64,000 nt of DNA. Origin: Basidiobolus meristosporus CBS 931.73. Taxonomy: Eukaryota > Fungi > Basidiobolomycota. The stretch is from the NCBI GenBank assembly GCA_002104905.1, contig MCFE01000488.1, positions 1-64,000 on the forward strand. Reading direction: 5' to 3'. The notes beneath the pieces were generated by a model. It searched no databases. It was given only the letters and a program-made list of their open reading frames with translations, and had not been told where the DNA came from. The position numbers and the translations under genes were made by a program. Positions 24,739 through 38,993 of the stretch are shown in pieces (within the stretch, counting starts at the first letter, position 1; the number at the start of each line of letters is the position of its first letter).

Positions 24739-25205
24739 ATCACTTATTCGCCCTTTAAATAAATTCCAAAATTGCCTGTTATAATGTAATTATCCTAGTT
24801 ACTCGTTTTGATTCGATATGCACGGGTAGATTGTTTAGTACATAAGATATGTGCTGTAGGAGGCCAATGCAATGGGCCCCCGTATTTCTCCACCTCAGTA
24901 TATCGGCACAATGTCAGTGAAGTAGACAACTTGCTGCTTGCATGACACAGGCTAACTATACCAAGGGTATAATATCTCCAACTCCCAGAGAAGGGCTCTC
25001 TAACAACTCTATTGATGTTCATGGTCAGCGTTGCAGGCCAAGTTCTAGACATATTTACTATGCCGTATACCATTAAAGAATGCACTTCGAAAAGGAAAGT
25101 GGAGCCATTAGAGAGAGATTCTATTTAATTTAATGCTTAAGTTGGGAGAAAATCGTTTTCCAGGTATTGAGGTACCTGATGTTCCATTTGAAAAGAAAGG
25201 TTACT

Positions 25206-25478
25206 CTAATTCTTGGACAATTCGACACGGAGGACACGGTCGTTTAAGGACTGGCCATTAATGCTGGAAACGGCTTTTTCGGCCTCGGCTTCCTCCATCT
25301 TAACGAAGGCATAACCTCGACGACGAGGCAAAGAAACTTCGCTTACAGTACCATGTTGGGAGAAGAGTTCTTTAAGTTGTTCGGGTTTTGTCTTCTTTGA
25401 AAGGTTTCCGACGAACACGGACTTGGTAGCGTAGCCACGAATGGCGGTAATTTGTCTGCTAGCAATTCTGAACATCAT
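25206..25478 (-). CDS. Stand-alone single-RRM protein with a putative mitochondrial presequence, about 90 aa
   Basis: RNP2 VFVGNL and RNP1 RGYAFVKM. The N-terminus MMFRIASRQITAIRGYA is Arg-rich, has no acidic residues and ends in an R-x-Y-A cleavage-like motif. Confidence 0.85.
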   Translation of the reverse strand: MMFRIASRQITAIRGYATKSVFVGNLSKKTKPEQLKELFSQHGTVSEVSLPRRRGYAFVKMEEAEAEKAVSSINGQSLNDRVLRVELSKN

Positions 25479-26467
25479 AGAACAAAGAGTAATAAGGTAT
25501 GGTCCGCTCCTTGGAATCTTTATAGAATTATCAACAGGATATTCAAATTTTTTTGATCATCTCACCTAGCTCTGTGACCACGCTAGGAGTGAAAATTTTC
25601 ATGCAATCAACCCACAGGTATCAATATATGGGAACCTAGTCACTATGCCACACGTGTTTTCGAAGCTTAAAAATCCGTGCGGGTTTAGAATTAATGGCTT
25701 GGTTCTTTGTGAGATGCACATAACTTGTTCAGGAATAAATCATCCTGCAAAGTTAGACATGCATTTTCCATCCTCCCACCCAAGTAGCAAATACGTAGAC
25801 ATAGTCGTAATTCCAGCTTGTCTGGTTGCAACATTCACACGCTGGACATCAACTGTTTGAATTTTGTGAAACTATAGCATGTCGCTTGATGTGCTAAAGT
25901 ATGTCACTTATTGTTGCTAGCTCCTCTCGACTGACGTACTGGGTGCTCTTACACAGATGAGCACCATGCATATTTACATGGATTGACGGACAAAATCCAA
26001 GTGATTCCTGGATGCCATTCCATATGTAGAATTGATTGTTTGAGACAGGAATCAGTTCCCATAGACATCTGTTTCTCATTGAAACCTAGACATTCCGGAA
26101 CCACGGCGGGACTAATTGGGATACATTGAACAAATTATACTAAAACTCCATTTTATACGGAATCACCTCCTAACCACACTACTTGGGCCTTAACATCGGG
26201 AAATAGCGAACAGTGTGGGGAATACAAAAATGATGTCTATTGCAGCGAAACCTCCAAATATGCCAGAGGCGTGAGGTGGGTCTCCTATCACTCTCTTTTC
26301 CGCTATAAATAGCTTGGCCATGCTTGAATGCATCAAATCCTAGCATCCAACCGACTCCTGTTGAATCATATTTACTTTCGCGTTTAATTCTTACTCTTGG
26401 TGTACATAGTTCGTCACAACTCATCTTCAGCTCACAGTACACACCACTGCACAGACCATTTTCTCTC

Positions 26468-27958
26468 ATGAGAGTGGATCCAAGAAAGCAAACTCAGCCA
26501 CTTCCCTCAGATTGTGTATATAAAATAGTACGACGGGTCCATGATGACATGGGCACCTTGTTCAGTATGAGCTTAGCGAATCGAGCTTGGCGGGACATAG
26601 CCGTCAGATATCTTTACCAAGATCCCTGGAGTTACTTCCCTCAAGAGAATTGGAGTCAATCTGGCCAGGTTAAACGGATTGCGGGGCTCTTGGATACATT
26701 GTTTCACCCAGTGGACATCCAGAAGTTCCTCAGAAACGCACCCGACTTGGGTTTTCGCACAGAGGCCCCACCTTTCTTTCTAGATAAGAAATACTTAAAG
26801 AGCCTAGCAGTCCTAGATTTTTACTGGCTAAAAAGAGCACTTCGTTTGTTGTCCACCAAAAAATTTGGCCAACCGCAGGACGACTTCAATGTGGCGGGGT
26901 TTCGGAACTTGGCTAAAGATTTGATTTCCTTTGTTGTTGAACATAGGCCTCTGCAGTTGAAGAAGCTGACCCTGCTGGATTGCCGTACGATCGAGTCGCT
27001 CGATACCTCCAGCATCCGCTTGGCCTCTCTTCAATGCCTTGATGTACGGCAGCGTGTATTTGGAGAATGCGCAGTAGAACGGATCTGTGTACTCTGTCCA
27101 AATCTGGTCCAACTGAACATCACCGCGCTATTGGTGGACGAGGGGGCGGTGATTGCATTGATTAGAGGCATGAAGAGAAATACATTAAACAAATTCTCCA
27201 TAAATGGCCTGCTGAAGTCGGTCTCTCTGCTCATCCATACTTTGGCCCAGCAGCATCCAGACAGCCTCGAGCATTTTGGACTTGATATAAACCCAGGAAA
27301 TGCTCAAGAGGACGTGGTCGACCCATTCAACTCCGGCATCTACGAGTTGCATAAATTCGTCAATCTTCAATCCTTGACCCTCAGGGGGATGTACATAGAT
27401 ACCGGGATGGTGCAAAATTTGGCCCATCGTTGCACCCAGCTCTCTAGGATCCAGCTGTCTGGCCCTTACGTGGCCACGGGTGCAGTGGAAACCTTGGTCA
27501 TCAACACAGGGAGACGTTTGTCGGAGTTGGTGGTCAACATAGAGGAGCGATGTCTCGGACGAGTATTGCGGCTGCTGAAGCAGCACTGCCCTATGATCGA
27601 GAAGCTAGACATCCGAGGTATGGAGTTCGACTGCGATCAGCTTTCGCAGCTAGTAGTGTCGTGTCCGAACCTTGTGCATGTTGCGTTGGGATATCCTTCA
27701 TATGCCTCCACAAAGGCCTACAATGACATGGCGCTGTCGATCGTAAGTAACTGTGTGAAGCTAAGATACCTGGATTTCAATCGAGTCCACGTCGGCCCCC
27801 AAGTCGTTCCGAGTCTACTAAACCACTCTACCCTTCAAAAAATCGCCCTGCCTATACCCTTGCTACGCTCGCCGAGCTTCTTCAACCAGATTGTTGAGTT
27901 CAAATCCGTTGTATTAGCCGATCAGGGAATCTTTGAGTTATACATAAAATCCATATGA
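26468..27958 (+). CDS. F-box-like / RNI-type leucine-rich repeat protein, intronless
   Basis: N-terminal LPSDCVYKIV...LFSMSLANRAWRDIAVRYLYQDPW is F-box-like. Repeated CPNLVQLNI, CTQLSRIQL, CPMIEKLDI, CPNLVHVAL and CVKLRYLDF units follow. The ATG at 26468 is preferred over the non-ATG ORF start. Confidence 0.85.
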   Translation: MRVDPRKQTQPLPSDCVYKIVRRVHDDMGTLFSMSLANRAWRDIAVRYLYQDPWSYFPQENWSQSGQVKRIAGLLDTLFHPVDIQKFLRNAPDLGFRTEAPPFFLDKKYLKSLAVLDFYWLKRALRLLSTKKFGQPQDDFNVAGFRNLAKDLISFVVEHRPLQLKKLTLLDCRTIESLDTSSIRLASLQCLDVRQRVFGECAVERICVLCPNLVQLNITALLVDEGAVIALIRGMKRNTLNKFSINGLLKSVSLLIHTLAQQHPDSLEHFGLDINPGNAQEDVVDPFNSGIYELHKFVNLQSLTLRGMYIDTGMVQNLAHRCTQLSRIQLSGPYVATGAVETLVINTGRRLSELVVNIEERCLGRVLRLLKQHCPMIEKLDIRGMEFDCDQLSQLVVSCPNLVHVALGYPSYASTKAYNDMALSIVSNCVKLRYLDFNRVHVGPQVVPSLLNHSTLQKIALPIPLLRSPSFFNQIVEFKSVVLADQGIFELYIKSI

Positions 27959-28393
27959 AATTCACCAGTCCATCTCTGGCAGGAATTCGGTTCGGCCCAG
28001 GCTGGCCCATACCCCAAGCCAAACCGGTTCAAAAAGAATAGCTGGCATGCGATTTACATGGTTTTATTGAAGAAACCCCAGGTGAAAGGAGAAAAGTAAA
28101 GGTGAACAAAGGCGAGGGAATGGGAATCGACGTAATAGTTGTGTTCGAGTACTACCGGGTGACAAAATACCAGAACTTCAGTGTGATATTAGCGTGAAGT
28201 GAGTTCTGCTTGGGATGTACAGCTAGGTGTTGGTGGTGGTGGAGAATGGCAAGAGCGAGAGTTGGATTAAAGGGGCTTGCGAGAGAGATATCGGATTCAA
28301 CTCCGGCCATTACGAGAATTGAAAATGTGCTCATGTGTGGTAGTGAAGTATGTAAGACGTGGAGACAAAAGGTACATAAATGCTGGATGAACA

Positions 28394-30065
28394 TCACAAA
28401 ATTCCACTATCCTTCAATGCATTTTGCAAGATGGTTTCTTTAACCGCAGCGAAGACCAATCTGGATTGCGAGGTTGATGTCAGTTACACGGCATCGGACT
28501 ACATGGAATGGGTGCCGACTTACCTTATCTGTTGAGGGGTTCGAATCCAGGTGGATTGAAATGGTTAGTACGATTGCGTTGAAGAAATCAAGTAATTTGA
28601 ACGCAAACCTTTGAAGTGTCAGTGGCTTGGGTCAGACTGGACAATAGGAGAGGGCGGGTTAGTCGTCAATACTGTGCACTGCTACGCTGCTCTACTTACT
28701 GAGGATATATATTCAGCTTGGCTCGATTGGTCTGCGTGAATCTCCAAAGGATGTACTTCGCTGCCTTGTTGATATCCGGACCACCTAGTTAACCCGAGTG
28801 AGTGAGAATGTGGAAGGTAGAAAGCGGTAGGTCAGCTCGCAAGCACCTGTATATTCCGGAAAGTAATTTTCAAGCGGGACACGTGGCAGCTTCTCTCGAA
28901 ACAGGTCAATCTTATTTAAAAACAATATAATAGAAGTACGTAGGAACCATCGACTGTTGACGACCGACTCGAACAGAATGAGACTCTCGGTCATGCGGTT
29001 CTAGCAATTTAGCGTGTCTCGGTTAATAGCCCCTTGCAAGCCCATCATCACGCCGTATACATACCTGTCCGGATTCCTCGAGTAATACTTGATCATACTC
29101 GCTTAATGCAACACAAAAGATTATGGATGTAACCGCCTCAAAGCAGTGGATCCATTTCTTTCTTTCTGACCTCTGGCCGCCTACATCAAACATACTGAGA
29201 CCAGATCAGTTAGAGTCGCCCTTCTAGTGATCTTGATAAGGCATACTAACTGGATGTTGAGCTGCCCCATGTTGAATCGAGTTTCGATGATGCCGGTGGT
29301 TTTTGTACGAGCTCGAAGAACGTCGGCCTCATTAGGGATGTACTCCGGTGAGCCGATTCTTCTAATATGAGAGAAGAAGCTGTGTCGAATAGATAATATG
29401 TCATTACAACGTCATGCGGGAGATCTGAACTGGTTTGCGGCTTACTATGGTGCCGAATCCATTAGATAGAATTCATTCTGCCTGTTCATCAATGACAGGA
29501 TTATCGGGTCCTTCCATAGAGACTCCACTCCGTCGACCAGCTCGGGGCTGAGCTTCGTGATAAATGTGCCTTCAGCTTTGATGCTGAGCATCTTTTCGGC
29601 AAATTCCTGCAGCGTGACCGTTCCCAATGAATAAATCAATCACTTGATGGGTCAACTTCAAGCGGAGTGTACCTTGTTTTTCGCCTCGGTGGGCTCCAAG
29701 CCGAGCTTCGTCATACCAGCCACCAGGTTGTGCGCTGAATCAATCACGTTCTTGAAAATTGTCACTCTGAATAGAGATAGCTCCTCCGTCGTATAACCGT
29801 TCTGGTGGATGATTTTCATTTGCTTCACAATGGTAGATTTGCCTGATTCTCCACTCCCTAGAAAATAAACACGGGGTCAGTTTCGATTCGAGGAAGCTGG
29901 AGTCTCCTGCCGCGGCTGGGCGGGTTTCTGGAGCGGGGGATTTGTACCTAATAAAAGAATCTTGCATTCCTTGTTGAAACGGCGACTATCCTCCTCTAGT
30001 CCTCGATCGATCGCCATGCTTCTCTGACGAGCCTCACGGTCCTCTTGGGATAAACACATACCCAT
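28394..30065 (-). CDS. GPA2: Heterotrimeric G-protein alpha subunit, group III (Gpa2/GNA-3, cAMP pathway), multi-exon with a 5-nt microexon
   Basis: Reads MGMCLS...IDRGLEEDS...ECKILLLG|[56 protein letters not shown], and a C-terminal TQATDTSK|IR|[21 protein letters not shown]. Confidence 0.97.
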
Positions 30066-31771
30066 CTTATAGATCAATTACAAAATCAAGCGAATGGAGA
30101 ATTACGAGAGTGTGTGTTGTGTTTCGGCGATGGGTGTGTACTATGTATGTCAAAAGGTATTGGAGTGTTGTGGCGTTCCAATAGCTGTCGGAAGGAAACC
30201 TGATGGTGATAACGCGTAAAACACTACGCTAAACTAAGACCAAACCACTATCCACTGCTTAAAGGGCTAGCTCTTATGCAGAACACGTAGGATTGACAAA
30301 AATGGAGTAGATCAACTGACACCCAAGGAAGTATCAAAAATAAGTTATAGCACTGACGAATAGGAAATCCTTTGTTCACAAGCACAGGCGTTAGTTCAAA
30401 CCTATGGTGGGACGTAAGGGCCGCTCGTACCTTTCTCGCTATGCTAAATAACCGAATCTTAGTTCTAGCCTGGACGAATCGCTTCGTGAATAAGGCTGGC
30501 AGGGTAGGTTGAACGTGGAGATATGAAATGAAGGGGAAACCACGCCAGGAAAAACGAGGTCGAAGTGGAAGTAAGGTGCGAAATAGAAAGTTGGTTTGAC
30601 GGATTACAGAAAGATGAATACCGATTGGAACGCTAGTGATGATATTAATCAAACCCTGCATCTCGGAGCGAGAATCAAAAAAGTGCGACGAAAAATTATG
30701 TAAGTGCTTAACAACTCCTGATTAGCGCGATTGTAAAATTTCTTCTCAATGTCACTATTAAGTAATGCTCGATTGTTGATAATTAAGCATAAAAATGCAG
30801 CTGTGTGACTTAATCTGCCTGTTAAAAAATCGAAACTGTACACCATGGAGAATTATCAAACTTAAAACATTATTGATTTGAGCGAATTGATGAGCAGCCT
30901 CGAGTAGCGTGCGTGGTGGGCCAATGGGGGCGCGCGGCATGACTCTGAGCCAATCCGAAGCAAGTCTAGCATTCCTGAAGCTGAACCCCAATAACTCGGC
31001 TACATTTGTAGAGGTTCTTGCACACCTCACTCAATGGAAGCACTGGAATGAATCCCGATTGACCAAAGTGGAATCCAATGCGACTGCTCCCCCAGCAACA
31101 ACCCACTCTCCCGACCTGCATGCCGGATTGCACGAGCGAAGGGCCCTCAAGTGCGGGCCGGCGCATTGCAAACTGCTCTAGACGTATGGCTCGTTTCTTA
31201 ACTGGCAGGCGGGTGTGAGATACGACCTAGGCCTCAAATCAAGAGCCCAGGGATGGGCGGTAGCCGCATCGAATCGGGGCTCTAGCCCGCAAACGCGTAG
31301 TCAGAATCTGCGATGCTGTTGACCATATTTCGATTTGGTGGGACGACCCCAAGAGCTGTTTCTGAAAAAGAGACCATGAGCCATTCTCCAAGATCAATGG
31401 TGTTTCTTCAGCGTGGAGATCAAATATTATCGAATCGCCAGTGAATCGCAATGCAGAATTACATTTGACAAACGGGTTAATGGCTGTTTGGGCTGATTTG
31501 CTCGAGCTCACCTGCTTAATCGGTTAATTATTCATATCAAATCTAGGAAACCACTCTATAGATTCCTGACAATTTTGGCTATTGTCAACCATCATGCACC
31601 TACTCTAAATTTAATTGAGGGTTGTCCAGCTATTCATATATCGCATTTTATCCTTCGATACGATCTAATCGCCTCGATTCTTACTGCCTTCACACTCAAA
31701 TACTCCTTGTTACCGTTGCCTGGGCACCTGACATAGAAACACACAAAGCGTCCTCGGAGGTCTTCTTTGAT

Positions 31772-33127
<1,356 letters not shown>

Positions 33128-34309
33128 GTCTCTGTAGGCCAATATACACTCACGTTTCCTGAAGCATCTCAATGGAATAGACGTGTATACATCGTCTGTA
33201 TCAGTCGTCTTGACTTTAGTAACACTTTTGTTAGCCATTAGTAATGGAGCACATTAGCCATATATCCACACCATCGATACCTCTGTAATATCCAGTTTTA
33301 GCATTTTATCATCTAACTTCTATGTCCTATTAATAGATCCCCTTATTTTCCCCGTTGATTTGTCAGACCTTGAGCCCTTCTATTTAGACCTCACTCCAGC
33401 CTGGCCACTGGAGCTCCATTACACATTAATTAAACACCAATCTATTCGATGGCATTGACCAAATGAGGCAAACAAACTGAGCGCTCACGGGCCATAATAA
33501 ATACCAATGTAAGTTACCACAGAAATATCACTAAAGGAGCAAATCCCCTGGACTAATATGGTGGCGTCCCGGATGCCGTTATATAAATGGCAGTCTATAT
33601 GAAGGACAAGGATGCAAGCAGTTTAATCTACGGGATAGAGGGAGCGCCGCTCAAGGGAGGGGGTTGGTGATGTATGGGATCCACTCCTCCCATGCAAACA
33701 AGGCAAACCTATTTTTATATCGCTATTTCCCGTGGGCTCTGCAGAGTATATGCTCAATGGATATCCCTAGCCCCAGTAGATCAAAAACGCTGACTGACAA
33801 CCCACCGTTCGGATAATTACATCCCTAATGCGCTTATCATGTATTCGACTGAACAGATACAAGCGAGGAGATGTGCAGCAGCCTTATTCGGTGATTGCGG
33901 GTCATGCTTTATGATTAGATAAATGATTTTGAAACCAAATTCCATATTGCTTGGCCGTTCATCATTTTCAAAGGCTCAATTGGCCAAAATATACTTGATG
34001 AGCGATTGTAGCATCTAGCCAGAACTGCCGTGGTTTCCAAGTGGCAGTATTCGGTAATTTAAAACCAATGATGATCCGCTGGCTCTCAGTTGGCATTATG
34101 TTGGCCATTTGGAAATCAAACAAATCATTTAGGACTTAAATTCACTGCCTACAAGGGGAAGCTACAGCTTATTTGGTTGTAGGGGGTTTCTCACATCATC
34201 TCCAGGGAAATCTTACATTTGACCGGCTGCATAGAAGGGATATTCCTAGTTTATACCTACCGATATCCTATCTCAATAATTTGCTGACGAGCCTTTCTAT
34301 TTGGTTGTC

Positions 34310-37300
34310 ATGAGGTCCCCTCGTTGTTTGCTGACGACTTTGCTTCATAATGCAAAGCGAGTTCTCTCTCAGACATGCCACTTTTGGCTGGAGAGAGCCT
34401 CCAACGAGAGTCCAGACGCTCCTAGGATGGTTTTTTCCAACAACCTCATAGCGAACTCGAACTTTATACATAACAAGATCACAAATACAAAGTACACAGT
34501 TCTTAGTTTTCTTCCGAAGAATTTATTAGAGCAGTTTAGGTACGTCGAAGACACTTGCTTCTCTTTTGGCCCACCAGATGCGAGCTACTAACGCTTGATA
34601 CATACGTAGTCGTTTCATGAACCTCTACTTCTTACTGATTGCTTGTCTCCAGTTGAACCCCTCCTTGGTCTGGTTGGTTTTGAAGACGGTCAAAACGAGG
34701 CACTTTACTAACTGTTGCGTGGTTCAAAACAGACACCGGTAAACCCCCTAACCACCTGGACTCCGTTAATTATGATCTTCTCGATATCTGCGCTGAAAGA
34801 AGGAGTGGATGATTATCAAAGATTCAAGTCGGACCAGGAGTTCAACGAGCGCCTATATACAGTGTATAGAACCGGACAAGGGTCAAAGATCAAATGCCAA
34901 GACATCAGGGTCGGGGACATCGTTCGGGTACTCTAACTTAAACGTGTGTCTGGATGCTCACAGCAAGGTTTTCCCTCACACCATTCAATCCTTGCCTTTA
35001 GGTGGAGCAGGGCATAGAGATTCCCTGTGACATGGTTTTGCTACGTTCATCTGATCTTGATGGCACATGCTACATCCAAACTGCAAACTTAGACGGGGAG
35101 ACGGATCTCAAAACCCGAACTGCCCCTGGATTAACTGCTGGGCTTTCCGATACAGAGGTTATAGCATTCGACGGCGTTGGTAAATATCGATGTTGGTGAA
35201 CAAATCAGAGACAAATGATGTGATACTATTGGAACTATTCTGTAGTTCATTGTCCACAGCCGAATGGTCAAATCTACAAGTTCGATGCGAAGCTTGAGTC
35301 GTCGCCTGACTCGGGTGAGTTCTCGGCGTTATCGTCCAAGCAGTTGCTCCTTCAGGGGACGTTTCTTAGAAATACGGATTTTGCTTATGGGCTGGCGGTT
35401 TACACCGGGAACGAGACCAAGATAGGAATGAACAAAAGAGAGCCTCCCATCAAGCTAACCAAGATCGATCGGCAGATCGAAAGGGCCAGCATGATCATCT
35501 TTATTATTCAACTATCGTTGGTATTCTTAAATGGGATTGTCGGAGATGTGGTGCAAGAGAGCACCATGAAGAGCCGGCATACTTATCTGGTCGCGGAATC
35601 TCTCTCTCAATGGTACCACTACCTTGTTATCCCTCTGAGAATGCTTCTACTTATGTCGTTAATGATCCCTATATCTCTCAAAGTCACACTGGTTAGTATT
35701 CCTGAACAGAGAGCTGCGTGCCGTTGTGACTAACCTGTTTGGATCCACTCGACAGGATATTTGTAGATACATGTACGCAATGTTTATCAACTGGGTACGT
35801 ACCTTCTTTCTACTCGTTTGGACGTGTAGGTTTTAACAGAGGAAATACCTTAGGATCTGAAGATGTATAGCGGCAGTGATGGAGGCGCATTTGCGGCCAA
35901 CACTGGCATATCGGAAGACCTAGGCCAGGTCGACTACATCTTCACGGACAAAACAGGTTAGAGGCCATCTGAATTGTTTGCCCGGATCGCCACTGACGAC
36001 TTTGCAATCATCTGATGATCAGGAACCCTCACCGAAAACGTCATGGTATTGAAGAAGTGCTCTATCAGTGGGGTGATTTTTGGCCACACCGACGACTGCG
36101 ATGATCTCCGTTCGGACGACATTCTTCTGAATCTCTTGCATAACGGTGGCGCAACCACTGCCGACAATAGGCAAACACATAAGAGCGAAGAAGTGGTGGA
36201 CTTTTTCCGCTGTTTGGCGCTCTGCAATACAATCGTTCCCTCTGATGAGCGTGCCAATGGTTACCCCATCTATAGAGGCTCCTCCCCAGATGAGGAGGCC
36301 TTGGTCAAGGGGGCCGCGGAGGTTGGCATTGTATTTTCTGGTAAAAGCAATGATATAGTTCAGATCGACCTGAATGGCTTCCGAGAAACATTCCAGGTGT
36401 TGCATACATTGGAGTTCTCGTCAGACAGGAAGCGGATGTCTGTCATCGTACAGGAGTATAATGGAAACCCTGACGAGGGCCAGAAGCCGCTGAAGATAAG
36501 GCTGATATCCAAGGGTGCAGACGATTCAATGCTGCATCATTGTGCTGGCCAAGAGGAGATGCTCCAGGCAACTACACGTCATCTCAACGAGTTTGCTCAT
36601 TTGGGACTCCGCACCCTTGTTGTTGCTTATAAGGAATTGACTGTGGATGAATACAGGGCCTGGGCCGAGGAGTTTCATCAGGCCAACACCTCCTTGGAAG
36701 AGCGGGAAGGCAGGTTGGAGCGATGCTTCAATTCCATCGAGAATGATTTCACGCTTTTGGGCTGTACTGCTATTGAAGACAAGCTGCAGGACGGGGTGCC
36801 AGAGACCATCGCTCTCTTCAGGGACGCGGGGATCAAGCTATGGATGCTTACAGGTCAGTTGTAGAATGACATTGTGTCTATCAGGCAGCCTCAAACCTGG
36901 ATTCAATTTGTAGGGGACAAGTTGACGACAGCAATTCAAGTAAGTCGATACACATTTTCTTCCGAACATTTTCCATGCACCTCGGACTAACTTATCCCTG
37001 GCACATCCAGATCGCCACGAGGTACGGAGACTTTGCATGGTGTGTCTGTGCATAGGGTTTGACTAACCGCCTATATAGCTGTAATCTCATATCCTGTGCA
37101 GGCCGCGAAGCATTGATTCGTTTGGAAGGAAAGCACAAATCAACCCAAGAGTTGCACAGAGATATCGATCAGGCATTGCGCCATCACTCTGATGCGGGTC
37201 CTCAGCAAGGGCTATCATCCCATATCGATGCTACTCATGATTCAACGCTCTCAGTTGTTATTGATGGTAGCGCACTTGCTACCATCATGGAAGATAGGAA

Positions 37301-38687
37301 CTGCAACGAACGATTCATGAAGCTGTGCATGCTCGCGCACACAGTGGTCTGCTGTCGAGTTACGCCCAATCAGAAAAGTCAGATTGTCACTTCAATCAAG
37401 GACAAAGGGTTTGTATCGTTGTCGGTAGGGGATGGGGGAAACGATGTTTTAATGATCCAGCAGGTAACGGGCCGATTCGTTTGCTGGCAACCACATTCCG
37501 CTAATCTTGCTTGATCAGGCCAACGTAGGGGTCGGGATTAGAGGAAGGGAGGGGCTTCAGGCCGCTCGTGCGGCGGACTACAGCATCACAAGATTCTCCC
37601 ATCTACAGAGGCTGGTTTTAGGTAACTCCCGAGCTGTCGCGTAGATGCGTGTGCGGTATACTAAATGTGTTGTTCAAGTCCATGGAAGATATTCGCTTCA
37701 CCGGACATCTATGGTGGCGCTCTACTGTTTCTATAAAAGGTACGTGGGCTCATGAGCGTGCTCAACGAAGTCAATACTGATGGGGCTTTCGAAATGGCAG
37801 CATATATGTGTGCATGATCCAGGTACGGCTAGCGAATGCCAGGTGCTATGAACGCATCGCTCATGAACATATTGCTTTAGATTTTCTATCAGGTCCTCTG
37901 TGGATTCTCCGGGACCTCTTTGCTGAACACATTTAGTCTGACCACCTACAATACGTTGTTCACAGAGCTGCCCATTCTGTTGTATATTTTGGACAAAGAT
38001 ATCGAGGAGTCGGTCGTATTTGAATACCCACCCGTTTACCAATCAAATTTCGGTCGCTCCAAGAGCTCTCTTCTGAACAACTTCTTTCCGTGGATCGCAA
38101 AGGCCATCTTCCAGGCCGCCGTCACAACTCTATACTGCGTTTTTGCTTTTTGGGACTGGGAGTCGTCCAACGGCCTTGGAAATAGCGGTCGAGAGACTAT
38201 GTCGGCGATTGTGTTCACGATCGTCATGCTGGTAAAGTTCGATTTACCCCAGTTTGCTTCTAAGGCCGCATATGATTCAACTTGCTACATATAGGTTGTG
38301 CAACTCACCCTAGCGTTGGAGACCAACTACTTCACTACGTTGAACCACCTTGCTGTCTGGGGGACCATCGGCTTTTACTTCGCTATTTCTTATGTCATTT
38401 CAATGGTGCCCGCTCTTGGCATGTACCACGTGATCCACAAGGTGTATGGGGAATGGGTCTTTTGGCTCGCCATCACCACGGCTACGGTGGCATGCCTGCT
38501 TCCACTCTATGTTCACAAATATCTTCAGACACAGTACTTCCCCAAAGTCAACGAATCGTTAAGAGAGCAGTCGTTGGTCACTACAAGCCACAGCTCCGAA
38601 TTATGGTTTCCGCTCTCAAAATTGTATTCGTTCTTCAAACCAAACCATACTCAAACCCCAACCCGGATCTACCAAACACTTCCTTAA
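34310..38687 (+). CDS. P4-type ATPase (phospholipid flippase), ALA2-like, multi-exon (3' end approximate)
   Basis: Contains NKITNTKYTVLSFLPKNLLEQF|SRFMNLYFLL, ANLDGETDLK, IPISLKV, DKTG|TLTEN, SSPDEEAL, EFSSDRKRMSVIV, AIEDKLQDGVPETI, LTG|DK and VGDGGNDV. Confidence 0.96.
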
Positions 38688-38993
38688 TACATCCCCTCGT
38701 CGACCGCCAACGTGGGCAGTTGATATCCCCCCTCATCTTCGCGTTCCTAGTGGATCCTGGTAATCCAGTCCTTCGAATGGTAGGCTAATCGAAACGGGCA
38801 TGCTTTAGTGGATTATATTCTCGAAAAACGATTGTTCCTTGCTTTGAATATATGAAAATAAATATGACAACTGACGGAGCACGGTTGCAGTAAACAAGCG
38901 CGAGCAATGGAGTCATATGGATTTGGCTGGGTACGAAAGCTAGATCATTCGTGAACAAAATCTATGGAGCTGAGCTCACAAGGTACGTTGTAC

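Noticed and set aside
22390-27958. Possible metabolic or secondary-metabolite cluster (secreted protein, ADH, RRM, F-box)
   Set aside because: There is no backbone enzyme or functional link, so these look like ordinary neighbours.
28538-28548. GGTTCGAATCC, a tRNA T-loop-like motif in a G-alpha intron (similar at 45821)
   Set aside because: The T-stem does not pair beyond 2 bp and there is no acceptor stem or D arm. The second instance is antisense to coding sequence.
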